Assembly: GCA_947385945.1 (NCBI GenBank)
Contig: CANDMY010000006.1
Coordinates: forward strand, 1-64,000
Reading direction: 5' to 3'
DNA length: 64,000 nucleotides
From: an uncultured Clostridia bacterium
Lineage (GTDB): Bacteria > Bacillota > Clostridia > Lachnospirales > Lachnospiraceae
The notes beneath the pieces were generated by a model. The model had not been told where the DNA came from. It was given only the letters and a program-made list of their open reading frames with translations, and searched no databases. The position numbers and the translations under genes were made by a program. Of this stretch, positions 7,555-17,511 are shown one piece after another. Numbering within the stretch: the first letter of the stretch is position 1; each line of letters begins with the position of its first letter.

Positions 7555-10242
7555 CTACTTTGCATCAAACCAGCTAGTTCCGGTATGCATATCTACTTCT
7601 AACTTTACCTGTAAATCAGCCGCATGCATCATCTCTTCCTCTAAAATTTGACTGACGATATCGACTTCTTCCTGATGTGTCTCAATCAGCAGTTCATCAT
7701 GTACTTGTAAAATCAATCTGGATTTCAGCTTCTGTTCTCTTAACCGCCGCTCCACCCGAATCATAGCAATTTTAATAATATCCGCTGCCGTACCCTGAAT
7801 AGGAGAATTCATAGCAATTCTTTCTCCAAATGACCGCTGCGTATAATTAGAAGAAGTAATCTCCGGCAGCGGTCGCCGTCTTCCAAACATCGTAACCGAA
7901 TACCCCTTTTCTTTTGCCTCTGTCACCAACTGATCCAAAAAACGCTTAATCCCGGGATAAGCCTGAAAATATTGTTCAATATACTCCTGTGCCTCTGTCT
8001 TGGACACGCTTAAATCCTGACTCAACCCAAATGAGCTGATGCCATAGACAATTCCAAAATTGACCGCTTTTGCATTTCTTCGCTGCAGTGGTGTCACTTC
8101 TTCCAAAGGAACATGAAATACTTTGGAAGCAGTTGTACTATGAATATCTTCCGCATCCCGATATGCTTCAATCAGATGCTGATCCCCTGACATATGGGCA
8201 AGCACCCGAAGTTCAATCTGTGAATAATCAGCATCTAAAAAAACATAACCCGGCTCTGGTACAAAAACTTTTCGAATCTCTCTTCCTAACTCCATCCGTA
8301 CCGGAATATTCTGCAAGTTCGGTTCGGTACTGCTGATTCTTCCCGTAGCAGTAATGGTCTGATTAAATTTTCCATGAATTCGTCCGTCCGCTCCAATATA
8401 AGCTGCCAGCCCGTCCGCATAGGTTGACTTTAATTTTGTATACTGCCGATACTCTAAAATCTCCCGCACTACCGGATATTCCGGTGCTAATTTTTCTAAG
8501 ACTTCTGCCGCTGTAGAGTACCCGGTCTTTGTCTTTTTCCCGCCGGAAAGTCCCATTTTCTCAAATAAAATCTCTCCTAACTGCTTCGGTGAATTAATAT
8601 TAAACTGCTCTCCTACCTGTCGGTAAATAGATTCTTCTACCTCTTTAATCTTTATGGCAAGCCGCTTTCCATATTCTTGAAGTTCCTCCTTATTCGCCCG
8701 AATCCCCCACTGCTCCATACGATATAGAGTAAAAATCAAAGGCATTTCCACCGTTTCAAAAAGTTTCTGCATCCCCTGTTTTTCTAACCGTTCTTTTAAA
8801 ACCGGCTGGGCTAAAAACGGAATTAAACTGTTAAAACAGCAGTACTTTAAGAATTCTTCCGGCTTTTCTTCCTGTGCCTGTTTAAGTGACATCTTTCCCA
8901 AAAGTTCACTTCTTCCCGGCACAATCCGATGCAGATAATCCCTTGCCACTTCCTCATACCCATAGGCATCTTTTAATGGATTCAGCAGATACGCTGCAAT
9001 TCCTACATCAAACTTTCGCTCTTCTGTTACTGCAGTTTCTGTTCCTTTCCAGGTATCTGCTCTTTCTAAATAGGGCAGATTTTCTTTTATATTCAGAAAA
9101 ATACTGTTTGGAGAAACTTGAACCAGCCGATGCCAGCACTGCAGCAGATATTCTTCTGTCATAAAAAACTGAATCGGTATAAAATAAGCCTGTCCTTCCG
9201 AAAAAGCAAGCGACAATCCTAATAACATTCCATCCTCTGCAATTCCAGATACCGCTACCCTTTTTTTCTTTTCCGCCTTTCGAAAAATTTCCCCTGCCTC
9301 ACTAAAATCCTCTAAAAGAATAAACTGTTCCGTTCCCTCTTTTGTCAGTTCAGCCTGTTCTGCAGAAAAATCCATTTTGTTAAAATATCGGTAAATCAGA
9401 CTTTTAAATTCTAACTGCTGAAATACTTGATACGTTTCTTTGGTAAAAAAATTTTCTTTTTTGGCGTCCTCTTTTTTATATTCCAATTCACAGTCTGTTT
9501 TAATTGTTGCCAGTACTTTGGAAAGCTGTGCCAAATGATAATGCTCTTTTAACATTTTCTGTGCTTTAGGCAGTTTAATTTCTTCAATATGTGCATAGGC
9601 ATTTTCTATTGAACCAAAACTTTGAATAATCTTGGCGGCTGTTTTTTCTCCAATGCTTGGCACTCCCGGAATATTATCGGAAGAATCTCCCATTAATGCC
9701 TTCATATCAATAAATTGTATGGGAGTTACACCATATTTTGTTTTTACATCCTCTTCATAATAATCCTCTACTTCTGTTACACCCTTTTTCGTCTTTGGGA
9801 TCCGAATCTGAATCTGACTAGATGCCATCTGCAAAAGGTCTCGATCTCCAGACAGTATTACTACTTTCATTCCCTCTGTCTCTGCCTTTTTTGCCAGACT
9901 TCCAAGAATATCGTCTGCTTCCCATCCGGCATGTTCTAAATAAAGAATTTTCATCGCAGCAAGTACTTCCTTAATCCTAGGAAGCTGTTCTGCTAATTCT
10001 TCCGGCATAGGCTTTCGATTTCCTTTATACTCTTCATACATCTCATGCCGAAACGTAGGTTCTTTTCGATCAAACGCTACTGTAATATAATCCGGGGTTT
10101 CCTCTTCCACTACTTTCATAAGAATATGAATAAATCCCAACACTGCATTTGTATGCTGTCCATTGGAATTTGTCATATCCGGTAATCCGTAAAAAGCACG
10201 ATTTAAAATACTGTTTCCGTCAATCAGTAATATTTTTTCCAT
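7555..10242 (-). CDS. polA: DNA polymerase I
   Basis: 895 aa. N-terminal 5'-3' exonuclease ('LLIDGNSILNRAFYG'), and polymerase motifs ('DYSQIELR', 'RRNAKAVNFGIVYG', 'QVHDELL'). Confidence 0.95.
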   Translation of the reverse strand: MEKILLIDGNSILNRAFYGLPDMTNSNGQHTNAVLGFIHILMKVVEEETPDYITVAFDRKEPTFRHEMYEEYKGNRKPMPEELAEQLPRIKEVLAAMKILYLEHAGWEADDILGSLAKKAETEGMKVVILSGDRDLLQMASSQIQIRIPKTKKGVTEVEDYYEEDVKTKYGVTPIQFIDMKALMGDSSDNIPGVPSIGEKTAAKIIQSFGSIENAYAHIEEIKLPKAQKMLKEHYHLAQLSKVLATIKTDCELEYKKEDAKKENFFTKETYQVFQQLEFKSLIYRYFNKMDFSAEQAELTKEGTEQFILLEDFSEAGEIFRKAEKKKRVAVSGIAEDGMLLGLSLAFSEGQAYFIPIQFFMTEEYLLQCWHRLVQVSPNSIFLNIKENLPYLERADTWKGTETAVTEERKFDVGIAAYLLNPLKDAYGYEEVARDYLHRIVPGRSELLGKMSLKQAQEEKPEEFLKYCCFNSLIPFLAQPVLKERLEKQGMQKLFETVEMPLIFTLYRMEQWGIRANKEELQEYGKRLAIKIKEVEESIYRQVGEQFNINSPKQLGEILFEKMGLSGGKKTKTGYSTAAEVLEKLAPEYPVVREILEYRQYTKLKSTYADGLAAYIGADGRIHGKFNQTITATGRISSTEPNLQNIPVRMELGREIRKVFVPEPGYVFLDADYSQIELRVLAHMSGDQHLIEAYRDAEDIHSTTASKVFHVPLEEVTPLQRRNAKAVNFGIVYGISSFGLSQDLSVSKTEAQEYIEQYFQAYPGIKRFLDQLVTEAKEKGYSVTMFGRRRPLPEITSSNYTQRSFGERIAMNSPIQGTAADIIKIAMIRVERRLREQKLKSRLILQVHDELLIETHQEEVDIVSQILEEEMMHAADLQVKLEVDMHTGTSWFDAK

Positions 10243-10284
10243 TTTTTCTCCCGCTTTTATTCCTATTCTTTCCTTTTCTTTATT

Positions 10285-10620
10285 TTATATCCATTTTATT
10301 ATCTGAAATGCAATTCCCAATCCTACAAGAATATGCAAAATAATAATGACCAGCCGGTTAAAAGAGCGAATCTGCCGAATCCGTTCAAAACGAATTTCTT
10401 CTTCTAGTATTTTATTCTCCAACAACTGGCTAAAATTATACGAAATATTTCTTTCTTCTTTTAATTCCTGTAAACCAATAGAAAGCATAAACATAATTTC
10501 TAGCTCTTCATAACAGTCCTCACAGGTTTGTACATGTTGAATAAAGCCTTCCATTTCTTGGTTTTCTAACGTATCATCTAAAAACCCGGGAATCATTCTC
10601 TGCCATTCTTTACATATCAT
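10285..10620 (-). CDS. Putative anti-sigma factor, zinc-finger (zf-HC2-like) with a C-terminal TM helix
   Basis: H-x3-C-x2-C motif 'HVQTCEDC' and a C-terminal hydrophobic segment. No cognate sigma factor is adjacent. Confidence 0.45.
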   Translation of the reverse strand: MICKEWQRMIPGFLDDTLENQEMEGFIQHVQTCEDCYEELEIMFMLSIGLQELKEERNISYNFSQLLENKILEEEIRFERIRQIRSFNRLVIIILHILVGLGIAFQIIKWI

Positions 10621-10728
10621 CTTTTTTCGTCCTTTCTGGCATTTTCCAGTTTAACAGGTTATTGCTTTTATTCTAGCACAAGAATCCTAAGATTGCAAAG
10701 AAAAGATATAGGAATCCTAGTCGAAAAG

Positions 10729-10977
10729 TGGGGGGAGGACGCCAGAGTATGGCATTGCAGTACTGTTTCGCTCTACAGAAAGTAAGAAGCTCTAAGACTT
10801 CTGAATTTAGATGCATCCAACCGGACGGACCGGGGTGCAATTCGCCCGTGCTGCGGGCTAAACACACCCCTTTTTTTGCCATTCAAGAATGGCAAAAAAT
10901 CCTCATGAATCGACAGAAGTCTAAAAGCTTCTAACTTTCCTCCGAAGTCACAGTACTGCAATGCCATACTCTGGCTG
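10729..10977 (-). repeat. F1 structured repeat, copy C (reverse orientation)
   Basis: Reverse complement carries the F1 core. Arms 'tatggcattgcagtact' and 'agtactgcaatgccata' are perfectly complementary. Confidence 0.85.
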
Positions 10978-11070
10978 TCTTTTTCCACAATATAGGTATT
11001 CTTTTTTCTCTTTTTTTGTTTTTTTAATCTATCAAGGAAGTAGCGGAGCGAATTCCGAATTTCCTTTGAC

Positions 11071-11113
11071 TTAATAAAATAAAAGGCAGTTATCTTATCT
11101 TTTGATAACTGCC
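11071..11113 (-). terminator. Intrinsic terminator downstream of tRNA-Leu: hairpin ggcagttatc-aaaagataag-gataactgcc plus a U-tract on the minus strand.
   Basis: Perfect 10-bp stem followed by 'ttttattttatt' on the minus strand. Confidence 0.6.
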
Positions 11114-11299
11114 CAAACTAATGGTGAATAAAATTTGTTATGTTCTTTCTATTTTTATAATCGAGTAGGGAAGGCTGCCTCCTCTACTCGCCGTGCTAAA
11201 TGTCTGTCAGTTCTGCTGACATCGTTCCTTGAGACATCTGTGTACATAAAAAAAATTCCCTGTAAACATTTCGTCTACAGAGAACGCCCCTGCCAAGAG

Positions 11300-11382
11300 T
11301 GCCGCAGGCCGGACTTGAACCGGCACGAGGTCGCCCCCGCTAGATTTTGAGTCTAGTGCGTCTGCCATTCCGCCACTGCGGC
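11300..11382 (-). tRNA. tRNA-Leu (anticodon CAA), type II with a long variable arm. CCA is not encoded.
   Basis: Hand fold: acceptor GCCGCAG/CTGCGGC, 3-bp D-stem, anticodon stem CTAGA/TCTAG with loop CTCAAAA, long variable arm, T-arm GCCGG-TTCAAGT-CCGGC, discriminator A. Confidence 0.8.
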
Positions 11383-11532
11383 AATTCCTTAACACTTGAT
11401 AAGTCTATCATAGAAATAAATCCTTGTCAACTCTTTTTTTACAAATTTCGAAATTTGCTTGATATGGTTTTTTACAAATTTATTGTATCGTTTTTTTGAG
11501 AATTTTTCTGTAACTTTTTTTACAGTTATAAA

Positions 11533-13905
11533 CTACTCTGCTGCCCGCATCTGCTCTATTAGGGATTGTTTTTTCTGCCTATGAATCACCCAAGCGGTCA
11601 GGATAAATTCTATACTAAACAGTCCCAAGATAAACAGTCCCATTTCAAGGGTAGGAAATTGATATGGAACAATTTTGCCGCTAAAAGATCGCTTGCTCAG
11701 TTCCCTGCATACCATAACTGCAATTGGAAGCCCCATAAATAAGACTGTCAAAATAACAAAACAGGTATAACAAAGCCCCTCACAAATATTCATCTGATAT
11801 AGTTGTTTCTTTGTCAGACCAATCGAGCACAAGATGCTGTTTTCCCGTTTTCGAAACATCTGATTGGAAAGTGTCGTATTGATTAAATTAATAACTCCAA
11901 ACAGGAAAATCAACCAAGAAAATGCCTGCATACTCCCGAAAATAAAAGAATTTTGCCATTTCTCATATTCAATATGTGCCTCAATAGTATCCAATCCAAT
12001 ATTGCTGTGGTTAGACAGGATTTTTTGCAGTCCGTTTTCCACGCTCTCTGATTTTTCTGAATCACTGACAATACTCCAAGAATAGTCAAAATTTTTAATT
12101 TCAGGCAGAATCTCTTGAAATAGTGCTTCTGGTGCAAACATAGAAACACTGTCAAGAAAAAGTGCACCATGCCCATTTCCAATCTTAGTTACATCAAATA
12201 AACCACATATCGTAACAGTCGTGGTTTTTTGACCCAAAGACAGTTCCATAACCGCCCCTACCGTCATATCATCATAATGTTTATAATAATTTGTACCCAA
12301 AATAACGCTGTGTGAATCCTTCGGCATCGTACCAGATATCAGTGCAGCTTCTACTGACAAAACATTTTCGTGAGTCAGCATATCGCACATACCTACGGAA
12401 GCATTTTTAGAAGTCCGAAATGCTGCATGTACGGATCTGCGTGTAACCAGCACCTCTGCTACCCCATCCACAGATAAAATTTCCTGCCGCAGCTCTTCAT
12501 TCAGCGGATTATCGATACTCATAATTTCCGTTTCTGACTGCTCCGAAGCCAAATAGATTTTATAATCTCCGTCCGAAAAAAACAGCCTTGCCGCCTGCTC
12601 CGGCGATCGAGTCAGCAGCATAGAAGATACAATTAAAAGAATCATTCCACCCAAACTTAAAGATGCTACAATACTAACCGCCTTTCTGCGATCACGCAGA
12701 AAATTCGCTATCCCCATAGATACAGGATTTAATTTTATATGTTTCTTCCGACTGTATATTTTTTCCTGTCCCATAGAAAAACGCATTGCTTCCAGCGGTG
12801 AAATTCCGGCAGCTATTTTAACTGGTCTGCGAACAGAAACAGCCACCATAAACCAGCAGATCCATACTGTCAGAAAAACAACCATCCCATAAGAAACGAT
12901 ATAAACACCCTTTGGGAATAAAACCAATCCTGCACAGACTCCCAAAAAAACTCCAAACAAAATTCCCATACTGCCAAGCTGTCGGCTCTCTCTCTTTACT
13001 ATGCCCCGAAGCTGTTTTGGCGTTGTGCCAATTGTACGAAGCTGTCCATAACTTCGAATCTTATTATTGACAGAGATGCAAAAAATACTCTGAATAACAA
13101 CATAGCCGCCAATCAGTACAAGAATTGCAGCACCGCCAACTGTAACAAAATCAATCGACCTTGAATAATAAGTGAAATAATTACTATTTATTCCCGCAGG
13201 AGGCAGATCATATTGAGCGGCAATCTCTTTGCAGCGGGCAGTTATAATCTCCTGACCGAGCTGCCGATCATTCTGAAAATGTACATAGGCACGATATCCA
13301 ACCGGATTAAAGCCTGCCCATTCTGTCAATGTCTCCTTTGAAACAACAAAGACACAGATATTTTCCTCTTCCTCACTCATACCCCTCATAATACCAGTCA
13401 CCATATATTCCCCTTGAAAACTTTCCGTATCCAACAGAACCGTTTCACCAATTCCAGCATTAGAGCCATAAGCAGAAAGAAAATATTCGCTGACAACAAC
13501 TTCATTTGCCTGTTTCGGAAGCCGTCCTTTTACCAATTCCATCTGACTGCGGGCAATATACATCATCTCACTGTCACAGTACACATACGATGCATGATAT
13601 CCCCGTTCCGAGTGCTCCTGCCCCAACAGATAATATTCACCCACGCGGGCAAACTCTGGCAAACCTTTTAAAACTGCCACATCCGATTCATCAACACCAG
13701 TAAAAACCGCCTCATAAGTATCAGCCACCTGACGGCGTTGCATCTGTGTAATTGAAACAGATGTAATTCCTGCAAAACAAATCAAAAATGCCGCCAATCC
13801 AACCGCAACCACTACCATCAGATTCCTGCGTCTCTCACTTTTCAGACTCCTTTTTGCTAACTTCTTTACAACAGCACGGGTATCATTTTCAAAAGGCCAA
13901 GTCAT
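11533..13905 (-). CDS. ABC transporter permease, FtsX/MacB-like, with two permease domains (790 aa)
   Basis: An N-terminal TM helix follows the cytoplasmic start. Two 4-TM FtsX-like blocks are separated by large extracytoplasmic regions. No ATPase partner is adjacent. Confidence 0.6.
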   Translation of the reverse strand: MTWPFENDTRAVVKKLAKRSLKSERRRNLMVVVAVGLAAFLICFAGITSVSITQMQRRQVADTYEAVFTGVDESDVAVLKGLPEFARVGEYYLLGQEHSERGYHASYVYCDSEMMYIARSQMELVKGRLPKQANEVVVSEYFLSAYGSNAGIGETVLLDTESFQGEYMVTGIMRGMSEEEENICVFVVSKETLTEWAGFNPVGYRAYVHFQNDRQLGQEIITARCKEIAAQYDLPPAGINSNYFTYYSRSIDFVTVGGAAILVLIGGYVVIQSIFCISVNNKIRSYGQLRTIGTTPKQLRGIVKRESRQLGSMGILFGVFLGVCAGLVLFPKGVYIVSYGMVVFLTVWICWFMVAVSVRRPVKIAAGISPLEAMRFSMGQEKIYSRKKHIKLNPVSMGIANFLRDRRKAVSIVASLSLGGMILLIVSSMLLTRSPEQAARLFFSDGDYKIYLASEQSETEIMSIDNPLNEELRQEILSVDGVAEVLVTRRSVHAAFRTSKNASVGMCDMLTHENVLSVEAALISGTMPKDSHSVILGTNYYKHYDDMTVGAVMELSLGQKTTTVTICGLFDVTKIGNGHGALFLDSVSMFAPEALFQEILPEIKNFDYSWSIVSDSEKSESVENGLQKILSNHSNIGLDTIEAHIEYEKWQNSFIFGSMQAFSWLIFLFGVINLINTTLSNQMFRKRENSILCSIGLTKKQLYQMNICEGLCYTCFVILTVLFMGLPIAVMVCRELSKRSFSGKIVPYQFPTLEMGLFILGLFSIEFILTAWVIHRQKKQSLIEQMRAAE

Positions 13906-14155
13906 AATCCACCGCCTCCTGAACCCAAACTCCTATCCCTCTCAATCCCCACAACCCCCACAATTTACTCCACCGAACAGCACCATCCCGCCATCCCCCA
14001 AAAACATTCCAAACAATCCTCTGCAATACTTTCATCTTAACCTAAGACACTCCTTTCTAAACAATTTACCTTATAGAGCCTATTATAAAATCCAAATATC
14101 ACAGAAATGTCCGAATGAAACCATTCTCGTTTCATTTTTTATGACCCCATTCTTT

Positions 14156-14824
14156 CTATCTTCTATCCTCTATCTTCCCCTTTTCACAAAACGGTTTCTC
14201 GTTTCGTTTCTCACAGGACTGTTTCGAAAAAATACAACCGCAGTAATTCTGCCGATAAAGTCCATACTCCCTTGAAAGTTCAATAGAACGCTGGTATCCA
14301 TTCTTCTTCTTAAAATCAGAAAAAAGATAAGGTACACCATACTCTTCTGAAAGAACCGCACCAATTTCATTTAACTTCTCTGCATTTTTCAAAGGACTAA
14401 TACTCAAAGTAGTTGTAAAATAATCAAATCCCCCCTGTTGTGCCATCCGAGCTGTCTCCTCTAATCTTAACCTATAGCAACGAAAACACCTCTCTCCGCC
14501 TTCCCTTTCCCCTTCTAATCCCTTTACCGCATCAAAAAATCGCTCCTGTCTATACTCTCCCTCCAAAAAATGCACCGGATACCGAAACGGCATAGCAGCA
14601 ATCAACCGCTTCTCCTCCTCTACCCGATACCGATATTCCTTCTCAGGAGAAATATTCGGATTAAAATAAAACACCGTAATTTCAAAATAATTCGATAAAT
14701 ACTCCATTACATAACTAGAACAAGGGGCACAACAACTATGTAAAAGAAGTCTCTTTCCTATCCCCTCCTGTTCCTGCATTTTTTCCAATATCCGTTCCAA
14801 TATCTTCTGATAATTCTCAGCCAT
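14156..14824 (-). CDS. queH: Epoxyqueuosine reductase QueH (DUF208)
   Basis: Signature 'LLLHSCCAPCSS' plus downstream conserved Cys residues (CFRCY, CGC). About 222 aa. Confidence 0.85.
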   Translation of the reverse strand: MAENYQKILERILEKMQEQEGIGKRLLLHSCCAPCSSYVMEYLSNYFEITVFYFNPNISPEKEYRYRVEEEKRLIAAMPFRYPVHFLEGEYRQERFFDAVKGLEGEREGGERCFRCYRLRLEETARMAQQGGFDYFTTTLSISPLKNAEKLNEIGAVLSEEYGVPYLFSDFKKKNGYQRSIELSREYGLYRQNYCGCIFSKQSCEKRNEKPFCEKGKIEDRR

Positions 14825-14965
14825 ACTCCTAAACTACATCCTTCCTAATTCAAAATCCCATCTCTATCCACACACCAAAAAATATCATACCACTCCTCAT
14901 TCCACCAAACCACCCCAAAATTCCCTCCCATTCCCACCTGAATAAAAAATAAAAATCAAATCTAT

Positions 14966-15232
14966 CGCCAGAAAGAACCAGCTGGAGTTTGGAAGCCCTT
15001 TCTCTATGCAGTGACTTCGGAGAAAAGTTAGAAAGTCTTATGCCTCTGTCGATCTCCTAGGATTTTTGCCATCTTCTGATGGCAAAAAAGGGGTGTGTTT
15101 AGCCCGCTGCACGGGCGAATTGCACCCCGGTCCGTCCGGTTGGATATATTTTCATTCAGAGGCATAAGACTTTCTTACTTTTCGGAGAGCGGAACAGCAT
15201 AGAGAAAGGGCTTCCAAACTCCAGCGTCCTCT
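14966..15232 (+). repeat. F1 structured repeat, copy D
   Basis: F1 core with the variant 'gccatcttctgatggc' central hairpin. Its arms 'gtttggaagccctttctctatgca' and 'agcatagagaaagggcttccaaac' are complementary and related to the arms of copy B. Confidence 0.85.
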
Positions 15233-15360
15233 ACACCATCCCCCAGCTTTTCCATCCTAATATCCACACATCATCCCCCAACTTTCCCATCTCAATATCC
15301 ACACCATCCCCCCAACTTTCCCATCTCAGTATCCACACCATTCCCATTCCCCTCAACCTT
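15233..15360. repeat. C-rich tandem repeat of about three copies of a roughly 33-bp unit, 'catcccccaactttcccatctcaatatccacac', appended 3' of F1 copy D.
   Basis: Direct reading. Confidence 0.7.
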
Positions 15361-15372
15361 CACTTTTTTCTA

Positions 15373-16881
15373 TCAAGAAATCCCATACAACTTCTCATAC
15401 TTTTCCGTAAGATACCCCACAAAATAATCAGGATTAAATTCCTCCCCAGTAGCTTCCTTTAAAATCTCCCGTGCCTCCTTAAAAGCACCATACTGGTGCA
15501 CATACCGATGCAAAAACTCCCGTACAGCCCCAATATTTCCCTTAGAAAGCTCCGCCTCCACATCTATCTCACTCTTCATCTTAGCATAAATCTGAGCCGC
15601 AAAAGCATTTCCAAGTGCATAAGAAGGAAAATACCCAATATCCCCCATAGACCAATGTACATCCTGCAAAATCCCCACCGTATCATTCTCTGGTACCACT
15701 CCCAAATACTCCTGATACTTCTCCTTCCAAAGCCGAGGCAGTTCCTCCACCTCCACTTCCCCATTTATCATCAGCTTTTCCAACTCATATCGAACCATAA
15801 TATGCAGACAATACGTCAGCTCATCTGCCTCTGTTCGAATCTCATCTGCCCGAACCCGATTAATTGCCGCTACAAACTGATCCAAAGAAACCTCCCCCAA
15901 CTGTTCTGGAAACGTTTCTACTAACTTTCCATAAATAGGCACCCAAAAAGCCCGGCTCCTTCCAATCATATTTTCCATCAGCCGAGACTGTGACTCATGA
16001 ATCCCACAGGAAGCCCCTTCTCCCAACACGGTCTGCGTATACCGATCCGCAATCCCCTGTTCATAAATCGCATGTCCACTCTCATGAATTGTAGAAAAAA
16101 TTGCCCCTGCCAAATTATCCTCATAATAATGAGTCGTAATCCGCACATCATGATTATGCCAAGCCGTTGTAAAAGGATGTTCACTTTCCGCAATCACTCC
16201 ACGATTCAAATCAAATCCAATATACTCCGCCAAAAACCGATTAAACTCCTTCTGCTTCTCAATATCATACTTCTGATACAAAAAAGAATCCTCAATCTGC
16301 GGCTTCTTTTGAATCTTTCGAAGCAGCGGAAGAATCCCCGCCTTTAGCTTTTCAAAAAATACGTCTAACACTTCCACGGAAAAATCCTCTTCATAATCAT
16401 CTAAAAGCACATCATACCCGTTTAATTTCTCTGTCGCACCATAAGAAGCAAACTTTTTGCAGTATGCGATCACTTCCTTTAAATAAGGAGCAAAGATTGA
16501 AAAATCATTTTCTTTTTTTGCCCTCTGCCATGCCTTCTGCGACTTTGACTTCAGTTCCGCATAAGCCCGCTTCTCCTCCTTAGGAATTGCTTCTGTTTTT
16601 CTCAAATTTTTCTTTATTTTTCGAATAATCGCCTGCTCCGTCTCTTCCTGCTCCTTTGTCTCTTCTGTTTTAGACTCATAGTCCTCTAAAATCTTCTTTA
16701 CCTGCGGATTAGTCAGACACAGAAAATCCTCTTCCGATAAAATCCCGATTACCTTTGCCGTATACTCTCCTGCTTCCTTTGGTGCAAGAGTTGCATCGTC
16801 CCAATCTAATAGGGCAAGTGCTGTCTGTAAAGCCATATGTTTTTCCAAATAAGGCACTAACTGTTCAAAAAGCTGACTCAT
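15373..16881 (-). CDS. Carboxypeptidase Taq-like metallopeptidase (M32 family)
   Basis: About 500 aa with the HExxH motif 'HESGHAIYEQG'. The overall M32 pattern includes 'DVRITTHY' and a C-terminal 'GYL' region. Confidence 0.8.
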   Translation of the reverse strand: MSQLFEQLVPYLEKHMALQTALALLDWDDATLAPKEAGEYTAKVIGILSEEDFLCLTNPQVKKILEDYESKTEETKEQEETEQAIIRKIKKNLRKTEAIPKEEKRAYAELKSKSQKAWQRAKKENDFSIFAPYLKEVIAYCKKFASYGATEKLNGYDVLLDDYEEDFSVEVLDVFFEKLKAGILPLLRKIQKKPQIEDSFLYQKYDIEKQKEFNRFLAEYIGFDLNRGVIAESEHPFTTAWHNHDVRITTHYYEDNLAGAIFSTIHESGHAIYEQGIADRYTQTVLGEGASCGIHESQSRLMENMIGRSRAFWVPIYGKLVETFPEQLGEVSLDQFVAAINRVRADEIRTEADELTYCLHIMVRYELEKLMINGEVEVEELPRLWKEKYQEYLGVVPENDTVGILQDVHWSMGDIGYFPSYALGNAFAAQIYAKMKSEIDVEAELSKGNIGAVREFLHRYVHQYGAFKEAREILKEATGEEFNPDYFVGYLTEKYEKLYGIS

Positions 16882-16948
16882 AATAAACTCCTTTCTTTTT
16901 TAGCAAAACCGGAAAGCAGCCTTTTCTTCTCACTGCTTTCCGGTTATT

Positions 16949-17434
16949 TTAAAAGTATTTCTTACTTCCCCAAAGATTATTCCTTTTTAAATCCAAATAT
17001 TCGTTATAAGCTTTTTCTAAAATCTGCTTTTCATTTGAAAATTTTAATAAGTGGTAAGCCTCATGAAATTTATAATAACCTGAATCCATGAAAAACTCTT
17101 CCCGCTGTGGTTTGCTGTAATAGCTGTCCGACATCATCAGATACCAGTGTACATCTTTCTCTACCATATCAGCAGGAGTTGCAAACGTATATTGGCTCTT
17201 TCCTACATATTTAATTATATTTCCCTTTACTCCTGATTCCTCCAATACTTCACGTAACGCAGTCTCCTTATACTCTTCTCCAGCCTCTACAGTCCCTTTT
17301 GGTAATACCCATCCCTCATATTTATTCTTATAATTTTTATATAAGAGTAAAATCTTACCTCGAAAAATAACCACACCGCCACAGCTCGTTGCTTCAATCA
17401 TTGCAATTCCTCCTGTCCTTTGGTGTGAAACCAA
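16949..17434 (-). CDS. NUDIX hydrolase
   Basis: Nudix box 'GTVEAGEEYKETALREVLEESGV' (GX5EX7REUXEEXGU). Confidence 0.8.
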   Translation of the reverse strand: MVSHQRTGGIAMIEATSCGGVVIFRGKILLLYKNYKNKYEGWVLPKGTVEAGEEYKETALREVLEESGVKGNIIKYVGKSQYTFATPADMVEKDVHWYLMMSDSYYSKPQREEFFMDSGYYKFHEAYHLLKFSNEKQILEKAYNEYLDLKRNNLWGSKKYF

Positions 17435-17511
17435 AACTAGGATAAGTATACCTCAATTGACAGAATTATGCAAGTAAATCCAAAAATATATAGAAATTTT
17501 CTGTTACTATT

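Noticed and set aside
8070-9164. Several 70-140-aa antisense ORFs inside polA, addA, addB, the MVP gene and others (for example 2612-3034, 8070-8336, 8886-9164, 41527-41802, 42475-42828)
   Set aside because: They lie entirely within well-supported long CDSs on the opposite strand. They have low-complexity Pro/Leu/Ser-rich translations typical of antisense reading of AT-rich coding DNA.
10996-11070. Possible additional F3 fragment in reverse orientation ('agcggagcgaattccgaatttcc')
   Set aside because: Only about 25 nt match the F3 5' end. That is too short to call.
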